The translations under genes and the position numbers were made by a program. 64,000 bases of DNA from Balanoglossus misakiensis (Eukaryota; Animalia; Hemichordata), in assembly GCA_040954595.2 (NCBI GenBank), contig CM082581.2, positions 6,440,699-6,504,698 of the forward strand. The letters are read 5' to 3'. Shown here piece after piece: positions 49,701 to 61,700 of this stretch. The notes under the pieces are model-generated. The model saw only the letters and a list, made by a program, of their open reading frames with translations. It did no database searches and had not been told where the DNA came from. Positions within the stretch are counted from its first letter, which is position 1. The number at the start of each line of letters is the position of its first letter.

Positions 49701-52700
49701 TCTCACCAGCCTGGAAACTTTGGCCTGAAAATGAAATCGCAAATTATTTTTCCACGGAAACTTGCAACTGCATTGATGTCCTGTTATTGTATTATGTAGA
49801 GTGATAAAAAAAATTTGTGGTTCAAATGTGTTGGACAACATAAACACAGTGTGTGAAATTGACATGTGCATGTGATACAGACTTTCTGAGAGAAATCACT
49901 ACAATTACTCAGATTTATAACAAGTATGACACCAGTTGCACATAGAAATTTAAGATTTACCAATAGAGCACAATGAATGAATAATTTTACATTATTATAA
50001 AACACCAGTCAACATAATTAACAAATTTGCTTTTTGTACTTGGGATGCTAAATGAAATTCAACATTTTGGTAATTCTTCAGTACAAGTCAAATAATGCTC
50101 AAAATGTTTGTGCAAGAAACAATGACCAATTTTGAACAGGTGGTCTTTTCATAGGCATGCAAATGACTACTGTGGAACACAGTTGCATACATAATAGATT
50201 ATCTACCTTCAGAGGAGCAACTGCAAGTTCTGCTTCTCGTTTCCTATGCTCCATGTCATCGAACTAAAGGTCAACCAAGGGTGCAAAGTTGAAAGGTTAG
50301 AAAGACGACAGTGAGGAGAAGCCAAAGATTTGAGGAAGATATGAAACAAAAGACAGCAAAATTACAAATTAGTAACACTGGTTAGAAACAACTCACATTA
50401 TTAATACTGGTCATGACAGGTTATGAAAGTGAAACAATAGAAATTATAACATGTGATAACTAGTTATAATCAGTGCAAATAAACTTAATTTAAATAAACT
50501 AACAATAATGTTGATGATTCATAATCTGACCAACAAATACAGTACTGTTACCAGTAGAACAAAGTGCTTAGCCAATTATACCTATGATACTTAATTAAGC
50601 CTAGTTTTAGATGGCCTGGGAGTGGATTCATTTATATGTAGATATCACCTACCCTGAGTTTAATGTCCTTGTAGCTCTCCTCCAGACCATCTCTGGTTGC
50701 ATTCAGCTTTTCATACTCGTTCACTTTGCTTCTAAGCTGGGCCACTTCCTCGAACAATTCCCGTTCTCGTTCAGTCTGTAAGAGAACACATTGCATTTTA
50801 GGATTAATGTTTGAACGCTCTGTTTGAACACAAATTCACAAAATTACTGATTTCATAATCCTGAAGTAAAGTTTATACATTCTTGACACTAGAGGACGCT
50901 GTACGTCAAATTTGTCCCATTGATCAGTTGCTGACCATATATACCTTGTGTCTCAAAGCAGATTCTGTCGCTTGTAGTTTGCCCTGCAGGATGTCTCGTT
51001 CGCTCACTAAGTTCTCCAATCCCTTCAGTTTATTCCTCAGTTCAGTCAGGTGCTCTTCAAGTCTTGCTAGTTCCTGCGTGGTGTCTTCCAGCTCCATGCT
51101 TTTACCTTGCAGCTAAGTTCAGAAAAGAAGAGGGGAATATAAACACTTGTTCACATTGCACATAAAATCTAACAGGACATTTCAAATGTTTGAGAGATTT
51201 TCCCCCTACTTAAGAAACACATTTCCAGGTATATTTTACACTTGCTACTTTGATGAAATAATTTCTGGTATGTACCAATGATTGTGTCACTGAGGTACTC
51301 CTCACAAAGTCAATAAGTGACAGTTCACAAGACTGCAGCCCAACTCACCTCTCTCCTGACAGCTTCATAATTCCCAGCCAACTCACTGTACTTGGAGTCC
51401 GCCTCCACTTGTTGCATTCTGTTTGTCTGTTGCAAACCGCTGATTTCATTTCGAAGTCTCTGCAACTCGGTCATCTTTTCCCTCAGCTCTTCCTCCTTTG
51501 TGATCCAAATCAACAAAATTTTACTAGTTAGCTCGTGAAGATACATTAAATGCGTTAAGTTCATATCATAGGCATTTTGTTTCATAAGAGACCATGCCCT
51601 TGGCTGCTTCCTTCACATGAAAACCCAGTGAAACCAAAAATATTCAGGAACATATGGCATCACTCACCTTGGAGGCCAGTTCCTTTTCTCGTCGGTCCAA
51701 CTTTGTCCTGTACATGATGTTGCTATCGTCCATAGTCTTCAAATCTTCATCCTTCTGACTTAGCTGTATTTGAACTTGCTCCAGCTAATGCACATGAAAT
51801 AAACATGTGTGGATTCAAAAGGTTAGTTGCAATACCAAGCTTAATCAACAGTTTATAGAAGAATTCTGTAAGTTCTTTGCTGCACAGAGATTTAATGCTA
51901 ACTTTACTAGTATCTCGGAAACATGATTAATATTTGTCCAAACAGAAAAGTGTCTTTCCATTGAGATCGTTCAAATCACAGCAATCACCAAAAGCAACAT
52001 TTTCAATACCTCTTCTCGAAGTTGGCTGACAATATCTTCATCAGTTTTGTTTACTTTCAGGAGTCTCTCCAACCTCATTACCTTCAAATTAAAAACACAA
52101 GCAGACCAATTAGTCAATTTCTCCGCTTTAATTATTCCACTCACATATTGGTTTCGATATCATATGAACAACATTGTTGGTGGTGTAGTTTTGCACACAG
52201 CATTGGACGTGTCATGTGAATGTATGCTTGACTAGCAACAGATACATTTGCAGTGTTTAATAAATTCATTACTAATTTTATCAACGTGTAAAGTAGAAGA
52301 TGAGCAGAACAGCTGTCAGTAGCACGGAACAGTAATTATTTACATTTTGCAAAATGACCAAAATTCGGAAAACAGAAATGGTGCAACTGACCTCCGCCTT
52401 GAGGGCTGTTAGTTGTCCATTCTTGTCCCTGAATTCCGAATGCAGCTGTGTGTTTTCAACCCGGAGACTTCGACATTGTCCGGACTTCTCCTTGATTGCT
52501 TCCTCGGCCTCCTGGAGCTGATACACATCATGCAAGGAAAAAAAATATTATAAAATGTAATAGTTAATATGTGATCGTGGTGGAGACATCACTTGGTGGG
52601 TGAGATAAGTTTGATTTGATTACAAAAGTAAACATTGTTAGGTTTGATGTTTGCTAAAGGTAATGTTTGATTCATTGTCATTTTTATAATGCCTTACTCA

Positions 52701-55700
52701 TTGTGTTATACTTTCCAATAATTTTTTCTCAATTTGATGGAATTCAAATATTTAACCAGCAAATAATGACACATATAACATAAAATTCAAAGATCTCATT
52801 CTTTTACCAACCACAGAATTGTATAATTATAAATTGGCAACTTTGGTTCTGTGACTTTAATAAATGTGTAGTAATTAACCAATAAGATGCCTGTTACATC
52901 ACATTAACAGTATGGGGGATTAAAAATTTTTTCTTGAATATTATAAACACTTTTCTATTAACTTCCCTTTTAATCGGTTACGCAAGTATCAGGCATAACT
53001 GTAATTACAGATACTCTAATTAGCTCCAATTAACACCATATGTTGTCCAATGCACATTTGACCAGTCTAATTAAGGAAGCCTAATTAGGGTTTGTTTACA
53101 GAACACAGCATGTCAACTGCCCTCTATATTTTTATCCAAATTTGCAAACCATTTAAACACACCCATCTAGAGAATTTGACCTTATAATCTAGAAGTGCTT
53201 GTCATATCATACACGTTTTGCACATTAATATTTTGCATCATGTCTATATCCAGATTGGCCAATTGCTCAATTACAGGCTTGTGTCACAGTCTGTTTCCCC
53301 ATATAAAAATCTATTTTTACGCAATTTACAGAACCAGTCACAGGACCAAACATGTTTATTATTGGCAATGTTCTTTTTTGTTCGCACTGCAGCAAGAAAA
53401 GCATATAAGAACAGTATTATAATCATCTGAACAGTTACAGGGTGGTGATAACTGACCTAGGTTTTCACTTCATAATAGTTTACAAAATAGCAGGGCAAAA
53501 CACTACCACCATATACAATTACGAATGTTTTGCATATTTTAGTATATGACATTATGTCATTCGACACCATTATATCATGTGGTGATCACATGGCAGTCAC
53601 GTGATCAAAGTGCGAGAAAGTGAGGGTCCCACCACCTATTCATCTTAAAATTCTTTACAGTACCGGTATTTAGTTTTGTGAATGTCACTTGTTAAGTTTT
53701 AATTATGGCATCAGAATTGTTAATTCACAGATTGTCGACTCAGTAGTTGAAGTCGCAAACAGAAGCCGACAAGTTAACCTTTGACCTCACCTTGCACTTT
53801 AATTCCCCGATATCCTCAATTTCCTGCATGCAAAGGATCATGGGAGAAATAATTTATGACGTTAGTGTTGTTGATGTTAATGGTTTCAGAGGGTTGGGAG
53901 GGGGGGGGGGAGGGGTTGGAAAAACTTGAATATTTGTAAAATGACAGGGTAGAACAGGACAATGAAATAGACATGAGGCCAATGACCTATGAACCTCACA
54001 TACGGACCAGAGAACACCCATGAAATGAATGTGAAAGCATGTCTGAGCTGAACATGAAATGACACATGAGACAGACATAAGATATGATCCAAACATACTG
54101 TCTGGGTCAGAAAACCCATGAAATGAACATGAAACCTTACAAGACCTGCACATAAAATGGAACATGCATGTACCAGAGCTGACGTGACACAAACACAGAA
54201 ATCTTACATGAAATGAACATTACATGCACATGAAAACACAAGATGACACTCCAAGAAATGACATACACAATGCCACAAACACCAATAATGCCAACTGAAT
54301 AAGTTCAATTTCATTTCACTAAGCAACAGTGTTAATGTGTTAGTACACTACAAAGACATAAAAGCTGCTTTTTATTCATTGTTGCATTTTTATTTTTAAT
54401 ACGCCAAGTTTTTACACAAATGCACACAAATGAAACAAACAGTACACACAAACCACCACATTAATATTAGTGTTTGTTAGTTGACAAGCATCATCTACCT
54501 TTATATACATACAACAGTTAGTGTCTTAATTTCCACAAAACAATAAATACCAAATCTCACAAACTCACACATAAAGGACTGCATGGACAAGAGATCATGC
54601 AGTTGGCTGGCATTCTAATTTTTCCTACAACTATTCAAATTGTTTCAGTTTCATCTCTTTTCTTACAAAGAATAAAGAACAAAGACTCGGCTACACTTCA
54701 GAGCCAAAAACTGCGAACTTGTTAGAAACGGTGTAATATGTATTCTAAATATAGGATTTCAAGAATGATAAATCTTTCAAAAAGTCTCATATGTATATAT
54801 ACCGGGTACAAGAATAACCAATTGAGAGGTGAAAAAAATTTAGATTTAAAGATGCGCGCCCTCGTTTCCCACCTGGATTCTGGCAGCGATCTCCCTCTCT
54901 CGCAGCTCAGCCTCCCTTTCCTGCAAAATATTGCAGGATGAAAGAAGCAAGGGGGAAAAAGAAGGAACGTTTTTTTAAAGATTAAAAGAAACTTTGCTTT
55001 TAACTTATGAAGAATCTATACCAACCAACTGAAATCCCACATATAAGTGAGTAATGGCATGTAACCATGCAATGATCGAGTGAGAATATGTCTGTCATGG
55101 TTAGGATTGTTTTTAGCTTATTAGTTTGTTAATATTATTGTGGCATGCTAATAGAACAGAGATGGTGTCTCTGACATTACAGTACAACCAACAAATCAAC
55201 AACTGTTTTCGCTCACACAGAAAGTGGACAGGGAGAAAAAAGTGAATGCAGAATACACAACAACAACAACAACCCACACAAAACAAAACAAAGCAAAACA
55301 AAGCAAAACAAAACATCAAACACAAGGTGGAAGTACACTCCCACCACAGTGGCGACAATGCCACGACCATGACATCATGAGTCAAGGAAACTTCAAAGAA
55401 GACAGTGGAAACAGGCCAAGCAACATTCACGACACTCAGTGCAACAGATAACAGCAGGGCATGAAAAACATGCAAAGTATCCAATTCTGTGCATGTAATG
55501 AATCATCAGCAAACGTGGTAATAATAAAACGTCATACTATGTATAGAAATGTCTCGATAGAACTATATAAATTATTTAAAATATGAATCTGATAGCTGTA
55601 CACGACCATCAAAATACAGTGCAGCAAGTGATGTGTGTGTGACTCCTCTCTTTTGTTATTACTGGCATTTTCCCCTAAATTTTCCTAAAATGCGTTAACT

Positions 55701-58700
55701 GTAGTTTTGAAAGAGCAGACTATCCCGCCACACTGGGAAGACACATGTGCGATTCTTCCGTTCTGGATGAACACCGTGATGGGCACGGCGTTCGCGTTGA
55801 CCATCTGAAAGTGAGAGGTTCTCAGATTTGGCGTTTTTACCTCGCTCTCGGCCCGCAGGCGGGTGATCTCGTCCCTGAGCTGCTCAGTCTCCGAGACGTA
55901 CATCTCCCGCTCGCTCTTCTGCCTCTGCACCATCTTCTTGATCCACAGCGGCGTGGGCGGTTTGGGGAGCACCTCCGGGGGTTCCCTGGACGGGGGCGTC
56001 TGGGGAAGGGTGAGTGGCCGGCCGGCGTCGGGGAAGGCGAAGACCGAGCTGTCGGAGTTCTCGATGATGTCCCGGTCGGTTCCGGTCGACTGCGAGTCCA
56101 TGCCGCTGTCGAAGGACGGCGGCTTCTGCAGGTGCAGCGTGGCCTGCTTCCGGGACTTCTCCAGGACCAGGCTGGAAATTGTGGGCGGTTCTGACTGCGG
56201 CAGGGGAGGTAGCTCAGCTTCCGAGTAATCAGATTCCGACTCGTATTCCGAGTCCACTTTTCCTATCTGGGTGGGCATTGGAGTGATCGGTAAAGGTGGA
56301 GGGAGTTCCGATTCAGAACTGACGGACGTGGAATGACTCTGGAAAGGGAAGGACGGATGTCTGGAAGGAAAGGATAATTGAGTTTCTTGACTGATGTCAA
56401 ATTCAGCACTGTCCAATATTTCTGCTACAAACGCTTGTTCCTCGGCCAGTTGACCAGATGGTGCAGACTGCAGGCTGTTGTTGTTCCATTCAGATGAATA
56501 CTCCATGCCTTCCGTCGGCAGATTTGCCACCAGTTCGTCGATGAGCTTCTTTCTCTCGTGAGCTCCGAGGGAGTCCAGTCCCCTGGAAGACGCTCGGGTA
56601 CTGTCCGGAATGGTCTTCCTGCGGATGTCCTCCTGGATGGAATACAGACTGTGGGACTTCTGCTGGTGCTTGCCGCGGGGGCCGGAGACCCTCGTCTCTT
56701 CGCCCTGCGGCAAGTTCTCCACCAGCTGATCGATGGTCCTGCTCCGGCCCAAGTCCGCCGTCTTCCGCATCTCCAGGGAGACCGACTGCCGGTAGACGGG
56801 CGTGATGTTGGCGTCCAGCAGCGCCTGATCGGTGTTGATGATGACGCGGTCTATGCCGCTCTCCCACTGGCGATGGGACGGCACCGATTTCTGCGAGACG
56901 CTGCCCAGCTTGGGCACCTGCGAGTTGTAGGGCAGGGTCTCCACAAAGTGGGCCAGGGTGGTTTTTTGTTTTTTGTTTGGGGGTGTGAGGACGGTGGACT
57001 GCATGGCCTCGCCGCTCAGGTACCTCAGCGCGTCTGTCTGCGTGAATTTGCTGGTGCGTTTGGCGTAGATAGAGCTGAGGATGTCGCCGTTCTGAAATGG
57101 AAACAGTGAAATGGGACAAGGTGAGGCGAGGTGAAATGTTAGCTTTTCAAGCAAAGCAGCGGTTTTGTTATTGAAATGTACAATGAAGCTTAATATTATC
57201 ACTACTGTGACAGATGCCAGTGCAACTATTTTGGAACTATAAACTTGTCTATTAAAAACTACCACTCTGCCGGGGCAGCCCACACACAAAGGGAACAGAG
57301 GTATTAAACAATAATAAGAAACCAACATAAAACTTGTGAAACTGACATACAAATTTACATGACAAATGCAACACACATACATGTATCTGGCAACATCATG
57401 TATTCATGATGAACATGAAATCAATGGAATTGACACATGTCATGTTGTAGGGGTAGATCGTTTGATATATTTTGCAATGAATATGACAGCAATGACTGGA
57501 AATAAAGCATATCTCTCCCAAAGTGCACTTAGTGGGACATCAGCATGTAAGATATTTGATCGAGATGTCTGATAATAATAATAATGACTATAACAATTTA
57601 TAATGACTATAACAATTCAGATGTATACCACTGACATTCCACAGTACCTATGATCTACTGGAACGAGGTCAGCATCTCGGTCAAGGTCAATTACCGTACA
57701 TCCAAAGGATATAACGGTTTTATATGGTATTGTCCATTTTTATCACTTTGCGTTTTTAATACCTGACAGTGTGTACTGTTATCTATTGTACACTCTCCGA
57801 GTGGACTTTAACATTCAACACACTCATGAACTTTTAAAACTTGTAATCATATCAATGTACCGGTACACTGGTACGCCTGGTAGCAGCAAATGGTGATAGC
57901 TTAATATAAAATGCATGGATGATCTGACAATAGATGTGTGTGCTATGTTTGCATGATATGTACATTCAGAATGATCTTCCCACTCAATACAAAGGATCTG
58001 CCTCTTTAAATGGAAGTGCCATACACACAGAGGGCTCTTCACTGCTACTTGATCAAACATATCATTTGTAACTGTACAGCTCCATATTGAGGGCACCCTC
58101 ATGAGTGTGTGATGCAGTAACAGAGCTGTGTCATTGTGCCATTTGCAAAACTGGCAGTGTGATAGCTGGGATATCGCTAAACAACAAGCTATGCTATTGA
58201 GGCTGTTGAGACATGGGATTTGTAAACAAGATTGGTAAAAAATTATATACTAGTAAGAACATCGCATTTGGCTATTCTCAGGATCAAAATTGTTTCCTAA
58301 TGATTTCATAAAGACAGCAAAAATCAATTACACATAACAGAAGGCAAATCATAAAGACTTGTTTTGACTTCTGACCAGCATGAGATAATGAGTTGCACGG
58401 CAAACACTGCCTGCAACGTGGCATCACTATTCAGCAAATATCAGGGTACTCATTCTTGACACCGTGCCAAGACCTCAGCTAACAGGCCAGGTTCAAAACC
58501 ACAAAGTCAACAACAGAATTCTCCATATCTGAACTTGTCTCAAATTTGAACTGATTTATGGCAAATTATTTTAACTCCAATATGTGAATATTTCAGTCAC
58601 CAGTACAATATGCCTTATCTGTGGTCATTAGCAGATCGACCATACTTTGATATACAGGTTTACAATATTCATGAACCATTGCGATGTGGGAAGAGTATAC

Positions 58701-61700
58701 AGTTGAACCACACACATTATGTAACAAGATTGAACATTGATTCTGATATTCTCACTGAAAAGCTGCACATTTCTACTCCAAGACTTTGATAATAATTCAA
58801 AATGACTGAACCTGAGGTACATGGTCGCTCAAATGCACTGCTAGTATCATAACAAGTCATGCACCCCGACATAGACAACCTTGACCAGCCCTTAAAAATC
58901 AATTTTCACATTGATATCCAAGTCCGACAGAAGACATTGCCTTTTCCATCATTCATTCTTACCTAAATACCACCTGTTGAATGACTCTTTGGAGCAATGA
59001 ACGATAGACCACCACGGTTTTCAACCACTTCACATTCCAGCTAACCAACAGCTTGATTTCTACCCTCAATTAAGTCCAGTGATCGACCCAGTATCATTAA
59101 CCTGGCTTACGACTAAAGCCAGTATCAGATCTGTCAACACCCTGCGTACCAATTATGCTGTCAATAACCGATGGCTTCAAGTGGCTCTCAAAGAATGCTA
59201 GGGTACTTATAGTCTTTGTAGCCTAAGTCCTATTCAATGCATGACTTGGTTGCAATTACAAACTCTGTGATTATAGAGAAGAAGCAATGTTACAAAGGTA
59301 TTGGTCAATTTGAAATTTTTTGTGCAGTGAAATATAAAGAAGAAAACGTTTACTCTGTATATAGTTGTAAATTGTAGTCAATTTTGATTAATTAATCTTT
59401 AACAGTAAGAGCAATCATAGTGTTTCAACTTTATTTTGGGGCACATTGATATCAGTTTCCAGCCACATATTAAATTTTTTTTTTTCAGTGACAGAATACT
59501 GGGATAATCGCCATGTGAACTCAAACACAGCAGCTGTGACACCGCATTTGTAACCACTCAGAATAATAAAAAATCTGCTTTTAATCATTTGCAAAACCAT
59601 GTATGATGATTCATGTTAGCTGAATCAGGAGCAAATATTCCACTATCAGTCACAAATATTCAAAATTCGATATAATTTTGGGGGCTTTTCTATTTAAAGT
59701 GAATACTGGCACGATATGGCATTCAGTGGAATACAGTGGGTGAAATTATGACCATATACCGGTATTCAATGTGATGGAATCACCTCTCACCAAGCTCTAC
59801 AACCTAGCTACTCTACTACAATTGACCGAGTCAATGAATCGCAGATACAAAACAGAGGGTGGGGCACAGACAACATCCCTAATATGTAAAGCACTGATGT
59901 CTGACTCACACCACAATAACAATATATTCTCTATGACATTTTTCCCCCAATACATGAGCAAAAAAATCTACCCTCTATGGATGAAGTCAACCACTTAAAC
60001 TCAATCATCTCTCATCTGATCTTAGAATTTCCTGTTCAACTTAAAAATCATCCATTCAATGTTCAAACATTCATCACCTTCCTGCTCAAGTACACCTCTT
60101 GAAATATGCATCAATACTCAGAAAACGTGTCAGCCGGTCTCTTAAACTGATACGCTGTACACACATCTCCTGAATTGTATCTTATGTAAATATTCAATGA
60201 CATGTCCTTTGTATTTGTGGTTATTTCCAATAAAGCTGTATGGCTTCCTGACCTCTTATAATAATAATCCACATGGACAGAAAGCAATTATTGAACAACT
60301 TACGTTGACAGTCTGTTGCCATGGTTACACATGGTTTCAAGTAATTAACCTAAATTTCTATCATAATTTGCGTAAGATTTCACGTTTAACATCAAAAGGG
60401 TTTGCAACCTTACATTCCATATTTGTGACTATCCAGATTGTCTCAAAAATAATGGTGCTTCTACGATACACAAATTACTGTGTCGCTGGGATCACAATAA
60501 TTATACTGTACCGTATGATACAGGACAATTTCGTCTTTTATAAATATTTTTACCTATGACCTTTAAAATTACTACTGATACAATAAAAGACAAATGTACT
60601 CTATTGAGAAAAATATTAAAAGAGAAAACTATTAAATATAATATTCTGTGAGCTTCTTAGGAAATAAAATAAAAATAAAAATTCAGAGTATAATGTTATT
60701 ATATTGGTCATGTAATTTTACGGGATCACGTACTTACCAGTTGATTTCAAGCTATGCAGAGAAAAACATTACCTTCGAAACAAGTCACACATCTATCAGT
60801 ATCACATCATTCCCCAAAATGAGGCTACATCACATAATACAAGATGATCTCTTTGCTCCCAAACCTCAGATGCACAAGACCCATCAGCGATCCAAAACAA
60901 GAAAAATCCCAGAAAGCGGTATTTTCTCCGAGAGTGAACGAAACGCAGGATAAATCCCCTGGAATGGTATGATTCCTAGTGTAATACAGCGGCAATGCAC
61001 ATCAGCTGCTACGTTTACAATTCATCAGAGTTAACAATGGCTACCGGGCTTACGCGACCTGTGCTCACAGTGACACAGCCGCAGCAGAGACACAATAGGC
61101 CGCGGCGTTCATTTGAATGACAATATATTCATTTTAATAACAAATGAGTTTTACAAACACGACACTCCTTTCATTTTCCAGGGTCTGGCAAACGCACACA
61201 TATGGTTGAACTCTGCTGGTAGAGGATGCTACTGGATGTTTCAATATTCATTAACATGCTACTGTACATGGATAATTTGCAGACTATGTGTGCTGTGACT
61301 ATAAAATATTGTAGGCAGTCAAAAGAATTTCATATATATTTGAAATCACAAGTTGGGTTATTCCACAGGAATAGGAACTTTTTATACTGAAGAATTTTCG
61401 AATGCTGTATCATAATAAACCCTTTATTATGGGAGGATGATATTCATACAAAAGAATATGGCATTCATTCATTTGTTTATCCATTCATATTTGAGGACCA
61501 CTGCTACACATTTAGTCATACAGATACCATCGGGCTAGTGTTTATTGAAATGCTAATTTTTACATCTGGTAAATATATACAGTGAAAATCTAAAAATACA
61601 TACTTAGTCACCACAACACCAATATGAATGCAGGGTATACCATTACTAACTGAGCTGGGTCAGTTTAGAGTCAAAGTTCATTGAAATACTCCATTTATAT

